Shown: piece after piece, positions 9,482 to 20,993 of the stretch
Numbering within the stretch: position 1 is the first letter of the stretch
Layout: each line of letters opens with the position of its first letter
Origin: Myxococcales bacterium UBA1660
GTDB taxonomy: Bacteria; Myxococcota_A; Polyangia; Polyangiales; Houyiibacteriaceae
Direction of reading: 5' to 3'
NCBI GenBank assembly: GCA_002320815.1
Contig: DCLA01000076.1
Coordinates: 3,071 to 67,070, forward strand
DNA length: 64,000 nucleotides
Made by a program: the position numbers and the translations under genes
The notes under the pieces: generated by a model
Databases searched by the model: none
Told to the model about the DNA's origin: nothing
Seen by the model: only the letters and a program-made list of their open reading frames with translations

Positions 9482-11860
9482 ATGGCCAGAAGACGCAAGA
9501 GCACCAAGAAGGCCGACGAACAGCTCGATCTGATCGCCGCCACGTACGAAGACGCCTCGCTCGCCGGGGAGATGCAGCGGCGATACCTGAGCTACGCGCT
9601 CAGCGTCATCTCCAGCCGCGCCTTGCCCGACGTCCGCGACGGCCTGAAGCCGGTGCAGCGCCGCATCCTCTACGCCATGTGGGCGGTGATGCGGCTGCGC
9701 CCGGAGGGCCGCTACCGGAAGTGCGCGGCCATCGTCGGCGAGGTGATGGGCAAGTTCCATCCCCACGGCGACACCGCCATCTACGACGCCATGGTCCGCA
9801 TGGCCCAGAGCTTCACCATGCGGGTCCCGCTGGTGGACGGGCAGGGCAACTTCGGCAGCCCCGACGGCGACGCCCCGGCGGCCATGCGCTACACCGAGGC
9901 CAAGCTCCAGAAGGTGGCCATCGAGCTCCTGGAGGAGCTGGGCAAGGACACGGTCCACTTCCGGCCCAACTACGACGGCACGCAGAACGAGCCCGTCGTG
10001 CTGCCGGCGCGCTTCCCGAACCTGCTGGTCAACGGCGTCCAGGGCATCGCCGTGGGCATGGCGACGGCCATCCCGCCGCACAACCTCGGCGAGGTGCTCA
10101 AGGCCGCCATCCGGATGATCGACGACCCGACGATCAGCGTCCGGAACCTCCTGCGCACGGTGAAGGGCCCCGACTTCCCCACCGGCGGCGAGCTCATCAG
10201 CTCCAAGGAGGAGATCGCCAAGGTCTACGAGACCGGCAAGGGCACGCTGAAGCTCCGGGGCACCTGGCAGCTCGAGGAGCCCGAGAGCAAGCGCGACAAC
10301 CCGCTCCTGGTGATCACCTCGATCCCCTACGACGTGAAGCGGGGGAGCGTGGTGGAGAAGATCGGCGAGACCATCGCCGGCAAGAAGATGCCCCCGCTGA
10401 TCGACGTGCGGGACGAGTCCACCGACGACACGCGCATCGTCTGCGAGATCAAGAAGGGCACCGACCCGCAGCTCGTGATGGCGTACCTCTACAAGAACAC
10501 GCCGATGCAGACGACGGTCTCGGTGGACCTCACCTGCCTGGTGCCCACCCGGCGCCCGGACGTGGCCGCGCCGCGCCGCCTCGACCTGCGCGAGATGCTC
10601 CGCTTCTTCCTCGACTTCCGGCTGGAGGTCGTCACGCGGCGCATCGAGTACGACCTGCGCAAGCTCCTCGAGCGGATCCACATCCTCGAGGGCTTCATCA
10701 CCATCTTCGACGCCCTGGACGAGACCATCCGGATCATCCGGCGCTCGGACAACAAGGCGGATGCGGCCGACAAGCTGATGAAGCGCTTCGAGCTGGACTC
10801 GATCCAGACCGACGCGATCCTCGAGCTCCGGCTCCACCGCCTGGCCAAGCTCTCCATCCTGGAGCTCCGCGAGGAGCTCGAGGCGAAGAAGAAGGAAGCC
10901 AAGCGGCTCCAGGCGCTCCTCAGCAGCGAGGAGGCGCGCTGGAACCTCATCCGCGCCGAGCTCCACGAGCTCGAGCAGACCTACGTCGACGGCCGGCGCA
11001 CCGAGATCCTCAAGGAGCTCGACGAGCCGGAGTTCGATCCGGAGGCCTTCATCGTCGACGAGGACGCGATGGTCGTCTTGACCCAGCAGGGCTGGATCAA
11101 GCGGCAGCAGCGGGTCCGCGACGTGAGCACCACCCGGGTCCGCGACGGCGACTTCGTGCTCGAGGTCGCCGCCGGCTCCACCCGCAGCCCCTTGGCGCTC
11201 TTCAGCTCCACCGGTGCCTGCTACGTGACCCGCGTCGTCGACATCCCGCACACCACCGGCTACGGCGTGCCGGTCCAGTCGCTCTTCAAGATGAAGGACG
11301 GCGAGCGCATCGTGGCCATGCTCTGCTTCGACGAGCGCTTCCTGGACGTGCCCGAGCCCAGCGAGGACGCCGAGGAGCCGGAGGAGCCGCTGGCGGTCGC
11401 GGTGACCAAGAAGGGCTACTGCCTGCGTTTCTCCCTACGGAGTCACCGGGATCCCTCGACCCGTTCGGGCCGCAAGTACGCGCGCCCGCCCAAGGGCGAC
11501 GAGGTCATCTACGTGGCGGTCACCGAGGAGGGCGACGCCCTCGCCGGGGCCAGCAAGGAAGGCCGCGCGCTGGTCACCACCGCCGAGGAGGTCTCGGTGC
11601 TCGCCGGCGCCGGCAAGGGCGTGATGTTGATGAAGCTCCAGAAGAACGACGAGCTCATCGGCGCCCAGCTCCTCCGGGGCGACTCGGACGCCTTCATCGT
11701 GCAGCGCGCCGGCGGCAGCGAGTACCGCATCACCACGCGCAAGTACGAGACCGTGAGCCGCGGCGGCAAGGGCTTCCAGCTCTTCAAGCGCGGCCAGCTC
11801 GAGGGCATCGTCCACCAGGAACCCACGCTGCCCGGCTTCCCGGCGCCCGAGGACGAATGA
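9482..11860 (+). CDS. parC: Type IIA topoisomerase subunit A, topoisomerase IV ParC-like (GyrA not excluded)
   Basis: [25 protein letters not shown] and the catalytic-Tyr region AAMRYTE. At 792 aa it has no GyrA-box (QRRGGKG) at the start of the C-terminal domain. Confidence 0.8.
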   Translation: MARRRKSTKKADEQLDLIAATYEDASLAGEMQRRYLSYALSVISSRALPDVRDGLKPVQRRILYAMWAVMRLRPEGRYRKCAAIVGEVMGKFHPHGDTAIYDAMVRMAQSFTMRVPLVDGQGNFGSPDGDAPAAMRYTEAKLQKVAIELLEELGKDTVHFRPNYDGTQNEPVVLPARFPNLLVNGVQGIAVGMATAIPPHNLGEVLKAAIRMIDDPTISVRNLLRTVKGPDFPTGGELISSKEEIAKVYETGKGTLKLRGTWQLEEPESKRDNPLLVITSIPYDVKRGSVVEKIGETIAGKKMPPLIDVRDESTDDTRIVCEIKKGTDPQLVMAYLYKNTPMQTTVSVDLTCLVPTRRPDVAAPRRLDLREMLRFFLDFRLEVVTRRIEYDLRKLLERIHILEGFITIFDALDETIRIIRRSDNKADAADKLMKRFELDSIQTDAILELRLHRLAKLSILELREELEAKKKEAKRLQALLSSEEARWNLIRAELHELEQTYVDGRRTEILKELDEPEFDPEAFIVDEDAMVVLTQQGWIKRQQRVRDVSTTRVRDGDFVLEVAAGSTRSPLALFSSTGACYVTRVVDIPHTTGYGVPVQSLFKMKDGERIVAMLCFDERFLDVPEPSEDAEEPEEPLAVAVTKKGYCLRFSLRSHRDPSTRSGRKYARPPKGDEVIYVAVTEEGDALAGASKEGRALVTTAEEVSVLAGAGKGVMLMKLQKNDELIGAQLLRGDSDAFIVQRAGGSEYRITTRKYETVSRGGKGFQLFKRGQLEGIVHQEPTLPGFPAPEDE

Positions 11861-11903
11861 TGGCGCGCGAGAACCGGGGCTCCCTTCGCGAGAGGCACGA
11901 GCA

Positions 11904-13820
<1,917 letters not shown>

Positions 13821-13912
13821 CTCGGGGCCGAGGGGCCCACCCCCGCGCCGCGAACCACTTTCTTGGTCCGCGAGCACACATGTAGGACGTTGTGGGCAGG
13901 AGGAGCCGCTTC

Positions 13913-14482
13913 ATGCTTCAGTCGGTCCAGGTCCAGCCCCATCGTCGCGCCGCTCGGCGCCACGCCGTCGATCTCGAGTGCACCGTTCTCTCGGAGGTCT
14001 ACGGCGAGCCCATCCCCTTCCGCATCCGTGACATCAGCGCCGACGGGCTCTTCGCGGTCAGCGACATCCTCCTGGAGCCCGGCGACGAGGTGGTCATCGA
14101 GCTGACCCCGCCGCGCCTCGGTGAGCCCCTGTGCATCCTGGGCCGGGTCAACCGCACCGAGGCCGCGCCGGCGCCGGGCTTCGATCCGGGCATGGGCATC
14201 TCCTTCGACCACGGCGACTCGCTCCTCCGCTCGATCCTCGCCGGCTCCCTCAAGGCGCTCCCGCCGCCCCTGCCCCGCGTCCGACCGCAGGTCCAGGAGG
14301 AGCAGGTCTGGGTGGAGTGCCTGCTGACCTGGGAAGAGGACCTCGGCGATCAGGTCAACGTGTGGGAGGTCTCCGAGCTCCTCTGCGGCATCGACGACGA
14401 GCTGGAAGACGCCTTCGAGGCCCTGGCGCCCTGCGCGAGCTTCATGCACGCCCCGCGGCGCATCCCCTGGCTCGCCGCCTGA
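13913..14482 (+). CDS. PilZ domain protein
   Basis: RxxxR (RRAARR) plus DxSxxG (DISADG) c-di-GMP-binding motifs. ATG 13913 is preferred over GTG 13892. Confidence 0.75.
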   Translation: MLQSVQVQPHRRAARRHAVDLECTVLSEVYGEPIPFRIRDISADGLFAVSDILLEPGDEVVIELTPPRLGEPLCILGRVNRTEAAPAPGFDPGMGISFDHGDSLLRSILAGSLKALPPPLPRVRPQVQEEQVWVECLLTWEEDLGDQVNVWEVSELLCGIDDELEDAFEALAPCASFMHAPRRIPWLAA

Positions 14483-14494
14483 ACGGCGCGGAGC

Positions 14495-14869
14495 TCAGTC
14501 TTCGTTGAGGTAGGCGACCGCGCGGACCAGATCCACGATGCGCTCGCGGTCGTTGGGGCTCAGCGAGTCGAAGCGGACGCCCATGCCCGGGTTGGGGTTG
14601 TCGCCGTCTTCCCGGACCGGGTTGATCCACATCACGCTTCCGTCGAGCTCGATGCGCTCTTCGCCGGCGGTGAAGCGGAGGGTCAGCTCGGTGCCCGGCG
14701 GCAGGGGATCGTCGGTGCGGACGAAGATGCCCATCTCCGAGATGTTCTCGATGTAGGCGAAGAGGAAGTGGTCCCCGGAGGGACCGTCCGAGTGCACGTC
14801 CACCGCGATCCGCGCGGAAAACCGCTCGTGGATCCGGCGATCGTCGCCGCCCGTGTCTGCCTCGCCCAT
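14495..14869 (-). CDS. PilZ domain protein (124 aa)
   Basis: ATG 14869 inside artefactual ORF 14495..15451. RRIHER (RxxxR) plus NISEMG (NxSxxG). Confidence 0.75.
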   Translation of the reverse strand: MGEADTGGDDRRIHERFSARIAVDVHSDGPSGDHFLFAYIENISEMGIFVRTDDPLPPGTELTLRFTAGEERIELDGSVMWINPVREDGDNPNPGMGVRFDSLSPNDRERIVDLVRAVAYLNED

Positions 14870-14925
14870 CGGGGGGAACGAACCACGAAAACCGTCCCGC
14901 CTGCAAATCCAAAAGGGCGGCGGGT

Positions 14926-15552
14926 TCAGCCGCCCCGTTCGTAGCGCCAGCGGGGACCGTCCATCCAGAGCCGGTGCCGCGCCCCGGGGAGCGCGGCGTC
15001 GCCGCTCTCGAAGCCGGCGTCGCCCGCGTAGAGGCTCACGTGGCCGCCGTCCACCGGCGCCGTCCGCGGGTCGTAGAGCAGCGGCTCGGCGGCTTCGTCG
15101 ATGCCGGCTCCCAGCGCCGTGAGGGTGACGAAGACCGGCGGCGGCAGGATCCACTCGCCGGCGGCCTGGCGCTCGAGGGCCGCGACCGGCTCGACCCAGC
15201 GGTGCCCGACGATCTCCTGCTGGTCCACCTGGACCACGGCGTCCGTGGTCGCGTCGGCGAGGAAGAACCACGCGCGAAAGCGCCGGCTGCGTTCGACCGG
15301 CGTGGTCCAGCGGGCCAGGGGCCGGAGCGCGGCGGGGTCGAGGCGAACGCCGGTCTCCTCGGCGAGCTCCCGGGCGGCCGCGCGCCGGGCCGCGACCAGG
15401 GGATCGGCGTGGGCGTCGACGGCGTCCACGCGCCCGCCGGGGAAGACCCACATGCCGGCGTAGTTGCGTAGCGCGCTGCTCCGCTGGACCAGCAGGACCT
15501 CCGGGCCCCGGCGGAGGACCACCGTGGCCGAGGGGAGGGCGGGCGCCGTCAC
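14926..15552 (-). CDS. NUDIX hydrolase
   Basis: GTG 15552. Nudix box GGRVDAVDAHADPLVAARRAAARELAEETGV. The start overlaps the upstream stop as GTGA. Confidence 0.8.
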   Translation of the reverse strand: MTAPALPSATVVLRRGPEVLLVQRSSALRNYAGMWVFPGGRVDAVDAHADPLVAARRAAARELAEETGVRLDPAALRPLARWTTPVERSRRFRAWFFLADATTDAVVQVDQQEIVGHRWVEPVAALERQAAGEWILPPPVFVTLTALGAGIDEAAEPLLYDPRTAPVDGGHVSLYAGDAGFESGDAALPGARHRLWMDGPRWRYERGG

Positions 15553-17906
15553 CGGACGCGCACGATGCCGGCGCGCAGCCGGTCGGCGTCGTCTTCGGGG
15601 CCCTCGGTCACCGGGAGCCGGGAGCTGCCGCTGTAGAAGCCGATCCAGAAGGTGTAGGGACCGGGCCGGTAGTTCGCGGGGACCCGCAGGACCTGCCGGT
15701 CCACGATGATGTCCCCTTCGTCCCAGAGGCGGACCGGGTACTTCCCGTCGACCGGCTCGTGGTCGCCGTTCATGCGGTTCCCCATGCCGTCGACGTGGAG
15801 GAAGATCTGGTAGGAGCCGGGGATCCGGTTGAGGGCCCGCCAGTACCAGGTGACGGTGACCTCTTGGCCGGCGCCCACGAAGCCCTCCTGGGGCGTGTCG
15901 AGGTCGTAGCCGATGAGCTCGATGCGGTCGTCGAACTTGCCGCCCACCCGGTGCTGGACCTCGGGCTCGGAGTCCAGGACCGCGTCCTGGAGGAAGTTCT
16001 GGTTCTCGCGGCCCTCGATGGCCTGGTTGGTCACCAGGAGCATGCGCGCGCTGCGGGCGTCGGCGACGAAGAGGTGCCGGCTCTCCTGGGCGCGGTAGGC
16101 GCGGTTCAAGGCGGGGAGCTCGTCGGTGGGCACCACCGCCCAGCGGCGCGCGTCGGCGCCCAGGAACTCCAGGAGCTCGCCCTGGGTGGCCAGCTCCTGG
16201 ACCTCGCCCTCGGCGTAGTAGGCGGCCGCGCGCCCGCTGACCTGGAACTCGCCCAGGGGCTCGCCGTCGGCGCGGAGCTCGTTGTAGGTGTCGTAGACCT
16301 CGCGGGGCGAGAAGTGCGCGCTGAGCTCGGGCAGGAACCCCTGGCTGGCGTAGGCGCCCACGACGGCGCCGGCCAGGAGGAGAGGCGCCATGCGCCAGCG
16401 GGTCGCGGCGAGCTTCCGGGCGCCGTAGAGGGCCCAGGGGATCCCGAAGAGGGCCACCGCGACCAGGACGGGCAGGAAGGCGAGGGCCTTGCCGACCCGG
16501 ATCCCGATGGAGGCCAGGGGGAGCGAGGTCCCGCCGATCCAGCAGATGGCCCCGAAGATCAGCGAGGCGCCCAGGAAGAGCACGCCGAGCGCGGTCCAGA
16601 CGCGGAACGCGCCGCCGCGCTTCCAGCGGTCCTTCAGCCAGGGGCCGACGGTGGCCCGCACCGTGGGCTTCTCCGCGTCTTCGCCGCCGATGAAGGCCAG
16701 GATGATCCCCAGGGCAAAGAGCCCGAGCACCGCGGCCCAGCGGGTCCGCGGGTTGAAGATCTCCGGCACCTCCACGCCCTCGAGGGGCAGGCCGTCGATG
16801 GGGCTCGAGGGGTAGAGCGCGAAGTCGCGGATCAGCAGACCCACGAAGAGGGCGCCGATGACCGCCTCGCTCCACCACGCCCGGCCGCTCTGCTCCACGT
16901 CGCGCAGGAAGAGGGCCGTCGCCGCCGCCAGAGGGACCACCGCCAGGTAGGTCGTCGGGCCGTAGCGCGAGGTGAAGAGGACCTGGACGCCGTAGGCCAG
17001 GGCGGCCCAGAGGACCAGCACCAGGCGGCCTTCGGTGATGGGCGCGCCGTCGGCGGCCTCGGCGTCCACGCCGGGGCGCAGGAGCGCCGCGAGGGCGATC
17101 AGGATCAGCGCGCTCCAGGGCGCGAAGGCGTGGAAGACCAGCTCCAGACCGGTGTCGAAGCCGGGCGGGTTGCCGCCGCGGGGGGCGCCGCCGAGCCAGA
17201 GGCTGTAGCCGGCGGCGTCGGTGAAGACCGCCTGGGCGACCAGCACGATGCCCAGGAGCGCGAGGACGGTGACCACCGTACCGCCGATGAGCCGCGGCCG
17301 CGCGCCGGCGATGGGCCGGAAGAGCGCGACGCCGCCGACCGCCAGGAGCGGCGGCAGGACGCCCTGCAGGACCCCGCCGGCCAAGACGGCCAGGGGGATC
17401 GCCACCGCGAGGAGCACCGGCCAACCGAAGCGGCGCCGCGGGGTCTCGGCGGCCTGGGGCCGCAGCGCGACCATCGCCGCGGCGAGCCCCACCAGCCCGG
17501 TGGTGCCCATGGCCACGGCGTCGCCGAGCATCTGCCGGGAGTTGAAGAGGAAGAGCGGCGTGGTCCCGGCGACCACCAGCGCGAAGAGCCCGGCGCGGCC
17601 ATCGCCGAAGCGCCGCGCGTAGACGAAGGCGCCGAGCAACACCAGCACGCCGCCGAGCACGGCGGGGAAGCGGCCGGACCACTCGCTGACCCCGAAGAGA
17701 TCGAAGCTGGTGGAGATCAGCCAGGTGCCCAGGGGCGGCCGATTCCAGGCGACGCCCTCGCCGTCGAGGAGGTTGCGCGCCGCGTCCGCGGCGTTGAGCT
17801 CCCAAGGGTCCCAGATCCCGAAGGACCCGATACGGACCAAGAGAAGGGCGAGCAGCGCGAGAGCGAGGAGGGCGGGGACGAGCCGCTGACGGAGAGATTC
17901 GGACAT
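15549..17906 (-). CDS. Polytopic membrane glycosyltransferase, GT39 / ArnT-PMT-like
   Basis: More than 10 predicted TM helices. N-terminus IWDPWELNAADAARNLL, and a ~200-aa soluble C-terminal domain. Confidence 0.65.
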   Translation of the reverse strand: MSESLRQRLVPALLALALLALLLVRIGSFGIWDPWELNAADAARNLLDGEGVAWNRPPLGTWLISTSFDLFGVSEWSGRFPAVLGGVLVLLGAFVYARRFGDGRAGLFALVVAGTTPLFLFNSRQMLGDAVAMGTTGLVGLAAAMVALRPQAAETPRRRFGWPVLLAVAIPLAVLAGGVLQGVLPPLLAVGGVALFRPIAGARPRLIGGTVVTVLALLGIVLVAQAVFTDAAGYSLWLGGAPRGGNPPGFDTGLELVFHAFAPWSALILIALAALLRPGVDAEAADGAPITEGRLVLVLWAALAYGVQVLFTSRYGPTTYLAVVPLAAATALFLRDVEQSGRAWWSEAVIGALFVGLLIRDFALYPSSPIDGLPLEGVEVPEIFNPRTRWAAVLGLFALGIILAFIGGEDAEKPTVRATVGPWLKDRWKRGGAFRVWTALGVLFLGASLIFGAICWIGGTSLPLASIGIRVGKALAFLPVLVAVALFGIPWALYGARKLAATRWRMAPLLLAGAVVGAYASQGFLPELSAHFSPREVYDTYNELRADGEPLGEFQVSGRAAAYYAEGEVQELATQGELLEFLGADARRWAVVPTDELPALNRAYRAQESRHLFVADARSARMLLVTNQAIEGRENQNFLQDAVLDSEPEVQHRVGGKFDDRIELIGYDLDTPQEGFVGAGQEVTVTWYWRALNRIPGSYQIFLHVDGMGNRMNGDHEPVDGKYPVRLWDEGDIIVDRQVLRVPANYRPGPYTFWIGFYSGSSRLPVTEGPEDDADRLRAGIVRVR

Positions 17907-18032
17907 GCCAAGAGCGCCCGCACGAGGGGGCGGTGTCCTTCCTAACGGGCGTTGGCCCCCCTTTCAATCCCTCGCCCCTCAGCCCACGACGAAGAGCTGC
18001 GGCCCGAGGTTCACGACCCGGGCTCCGGGGCG

Positions 18033-19568
18033 TCAATCGAGGGCTTCGGAGGGGCCCTCTTCGCGGGCCTCGGGCGCGGCGGCCGGCGTGGGCGCGCGGA
18101 CCGAGACCGACTCGAGCTTCTCGTTCATCTCGGCCATCACGCGCCGGAAGGTGGCGAGCTGGCCGCCGGGGAGGCGGGGGCCGGGGCCGTTGATGACGGC
18201 CATGGGGTCCACGAAGCGGCCGCCGCGCTTCAGCCCGAAGTGCAGGTGCGGACCCGTGGAGCGCCCGGTGGTGCCGACGGTGCCGATGAGCTGCCGCTGC
18301 TCGACCTCGACGCCCGGGCGGATCCCGCGCTGGATGCGATGGAGGTGGGCGTAGTGGGAGGTGTACCCGTCGGCGTGGCGGATGGAGATCAGGTTCCCGT
18401 TGGGACCCTTGGGGCCGGCCCAGGTGATCTCTCCGTCGGCCGCGGCGTAGACCGGGGTCCCGGTGGCCGCGGCGAAGTCCACGCCGTTGTGCGGATGGAT
18501 GCGGCGCAGGATGGGGTGCATGCGGCGCGGGTCGAAGGGCGAGCTGATGCGGTCGTAGCGGCAGGGGATCCGCAGCCAGCCGCCGCGGATGGCGCGGCCG
18601 TCTTCGCCGTACCAATCGCCGCGGCGCCCGTTGGGCTCGAACCAGAAGGCTCGCAGCGTGCCGGCCCGCTCGCCGATGTACTCGATGGCCCGCACCTGGC
18701 CGTAGCCGACCCGGCGCCCGTCGACGAACTCCTCGTCGACCACCACCCGGAAGGCGTCGCCGGCCCGGGCCTGGGTGGCGAAGTTCACCTTGCTGTCGAA
18801 GGTCTCCACGAAGAGCCCGGCGTGGGTGCGGTCGAGGCCCGCCGCCATCACCGCCTCGCCGAGGGAGGTGCGGATGGTCCCGCTCCGGACCACCAGATCC
18901 CGGCGCACCGGGATCTCCACCCGCTCGCCGGAGTAGGTCTCGCCGTCGTGGCTGACCTTCACGTAGCTGGTGGTCTCGTCGTGGTACTCGAAGCTGAGCA
19001 GCTTCCCGGCTTCGTCCCGCTCGAAGACGATCCGGTCGCTCGGCTGGCAGCGGCGGAAGTCGAGGATGTCGGTGGCCGCGCGCTCGATCTCGATGGCCTC
19101 GTCGTTGCTCAGGCCGGCCCGCAGGAGGGCCGGGCGGAACCCGAGGGACTGGCCGAAGGTGGTCTCGCTGCGGGCGGCGCCGCCCTCGGCGGGCGCGATC
19201 TCGACGACCTCGGGACCGGGCTCGTCGACGCTGAGGTCGTCCCCGGTCTCGTCCTCGAACTCGGGCTCCGGCGGCGCGTAGGCCTCGGGATCCTTCGCCG
19301 GCAGGGGGATCGACGCCAGCACCGGGGGCTCCTCGGGCTCGTCGAGCCAGGCGGAGACGGTGCGCCACAGGCCCCAGGCGGCGAAGCCCACCGCGGCGAC
19401 GCCCAGCATGGCCAGGAAGGCCACCCGGCGCGCGCGCGCCGCCCGGACCTGACCGCGCAAGAGCGGCATGTCGACCGAGGGAAGCGGTCGCGACAGCGGA
19501 TCGGGCTCCGCTGCGGCCGGCTCGTTGCTCTCCGGCTGGGCCATCGCGCGGTGCTTTATCAACCCCAC
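18033..19568 (-). CDS. M23 family peptidoglycan metalloendopeptidase (membrane-anchored)
   Basis: HNGVDFAA, GNLISIRHADGYTSHYAHL, GTTGRSTGPHLHFGLK. The alternative start ATG 19544 is plausible. Confidence 0.9.
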   Translation of the reverse strand: MGLIKHRAMAQPESNEPAAAEPDPLSRPLPSVDMPLLRGQVRAARARRVAFLAMLGVAAVGFAAWGLWRTVSAWLDEPEEPPVLASIPLPAKDPEAYAPPEPEFEDETGDDLSVDEPGPEVVEIAPAEGGAARSETTFGQSLGFRPALLRAGLSNDEAIEIERAATDILDFRRCQPSDRIVFERDEAGKLLSFEYHDETTSYVKVSHDGETYSGERVEIPVRRDLVVRSGTIRTSLGEAVMAAGLDRTHAGLFVETFDSKVNFATQARAGDAFRVVVDEEFVDGRRVGYGQVRAIEYIGERAGTLRAFWFEPNGRRGDWYGEDGRAIRGGWLRIPCRYDRISSPFDPRRMHPILRRIHPHNGVDFAAATGTPVYAAADGEITWAGPKGPNGNLISIRHADGYTSHYAHLHRIQRGIRPGVEVEQRQLIGTVGTTGRSTGPHLHFGLKRGGRFVDPMAVINGPGPRLPGGQLATFRRVMAEMNEKLESVSVRAPTPAAAPEAREEGPSEALD

Positions 19569-19604
19569 CCGGGGAGCGCAAAACGACGCCCCCCCGGGCC
19601 GAGC

Positions 19605-20585
19605 TCAGGCGTCGAAGTCGTAGAGCCCCAGGGCCCAGCGGAGGGTGTCGCGATCGATGTTCTGGCCGGTGTGGATCAGCACCACGTTCTTGCCCGCCAT
19701 CTCGCTCTTCAGCTTCTCGGCGGCGGCGTAGGCGGCGGCGGCCGCGCCCTCGGCGACGTTGTGGGTCGTCTCCAGGGCCATCCGGACCGCCATGCGCATC
19801 TCGTCCTCGGAGACGCGCACCATGCGGTCGACGTTGTCCTTCACGATGTTGAAGGGCACCTCGAAGGCGGTGCGGGTCGCCAGGCCGTCGGCGAAGGTGT
19901 CCGACGCGTCGACGGAGACCATCTCGCCCTTCTCGAGGGATCGGTAGAGCGCGTCGGCCCGCTCGGACCACACGCCGACGATCTCGATGTCGGGCCGCAG
20001 GGTGCGCAGGGTCAGCACCGTGCCCGCCAGGCCGCTGCCGCCGCCCACCGGGACGATGACCACGTCGCAGTCGGGGAGGTCCTCGGCGATCTCCATGGCG
20101 TAGGTGCCGACGCCCGCGATGAGGAGGGGATCGTTGGCCACGTGGACGTAGCGCATGCCCTCGTTCTCGGCGCGGCAGGTGGCCTCCTCGAAGGCCTCGT
20201 CGAAGTCGTCGCCGTGCTCGCAGAGCTCCGCGCCCATGGCCTGCATGATCGCGTTCTTCTCCGGGTTGTTCCGCTTGGGCACGTAGATGACCGCGCGGCT
20301 CCCGAAGTGGCGCGCGGCCCAGGCCATGCTGAGCCCGTGGGATCCGCGGGTGGCGGTGACCACGCCCCGCCGCCGCTCCGCGTCCGAGAGGTTCGCGAAG
20401 AGGTTCACGCCGCCCCGGACCTTGAAGGCGCCGATGGGCAGGTGGTTCTCGTGCTTCACGAAGGCGTCGAAGCCCAGGCGCGCGCTCAAGAGCGGGTAGC
20501 GGTAGAGCGGCGTGCGCGAGAGGTGGCGGTGGACGACCGGCCAAGCGCGCAGCACGTCACGGAAGGTAGGGGGAGTGAGATTCAC
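19605..20585 (-). CDS. PLP-dependent threonine/serine dehydratase family enzyme
   Basis: TPLYRYPLLSARLG..FVKHENHLPIGAFKVRGG (PLP lysine motif) and a GGGSG loop. Start set at GTG 20585 because the longer ORF overlaps tRNA-Val. Confidence 0.8.
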   Translation of the reverse strand: MNLTPPTFRDVLRAWPVVHRHLSRTPLYRYPLLSARLGFDAFVKHENHLPIGAFKVRGGVNLFANLSDAERRRGVVTATRGSHGLSMAWAARHFGSRAVIYVPKRNNPEKNAIMQAMGAELCEHGDDFDEAFEEATCRAENEGMRYVHVANDPLLIAGVGTYAMEIAEDLPDCDVVIVPVGGGSGLAGTVLTLRTLRPDIEIVGVWSERADALYRSLEKGEMVSVDASDTFADGLATRTAFEVPFNIVKDNVDRMVRVSEDEMRMAVRMALETTHNVAEGAAAAAYAAAEKLKSEMAGKNVVLIHTGQNIDRDTLRWALGLYDFDA

Positions 20586-20714
20586 GGACGGCGATGCTAC
20601 CCGAAGTCGCCCCTGCGCGGCGATGGTCTCCTGGGGGCGAGCCGCGAAGTTCGCCGAGAATGCGAATTCGAACTTGACTCCCCCGGAGGCGGGGGCTATC
20701 TCCTGCCTCCCCTC

Positions 20715-20786
<72 letters not shown>

Positions 20787-20993
20787 CCGCTTCCCTTCCC
20801 GGGAAGCTGTACCCAACCCCGATGATGAAGAAGACCCGCACGACTGCCTCCGTGACGACTCGATGAGTCGTCCGGCCTCTTTGCGTCGTGCCCTTCTTCT
20901 CTCTCCGATGACGCGCTCCTTCGAGCACTCCCCGTCACGGAACCCGCGCGAGCCGCATCGAGGCCGGGCAGCCATGCCCCAGCCGACGAAGCG

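Noticed and set aside
14926-20544. A 1872-aa ORF, together with similar giants in the track: the 5' parts of 5421..9356, 915..3863 and 55028..59071, and the antisense ORFs 58099..62700, 46721..50320, 27916..30537, 9110..11251, 11784..13877 and 40056..42893
   Set aside because: Their translations are Arg/Pro/Gly/Ala-rich low-complexity strings typical of off-frame or antisense reading of 70% GC DNA. Each overlaps genes with clear family motifs on the other strand or frame. Only the segments that begin at sensible starts and carry recognisable domains were kept.
20854-20872. Perfect 8-bp hairpin GACGACTC-GAT-GAGTCGTC upstream of thrS as a possible tRNA-Thr anticodon-arm mimic (E. coli-type thrS operator)
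   Set aside because: The 3-nt loop cannot present a Thr anticodon-like CGU/GGU/UGU sequence, and it lies about 120 nt from the start codon. I kept it only as an unexplained hairpin.
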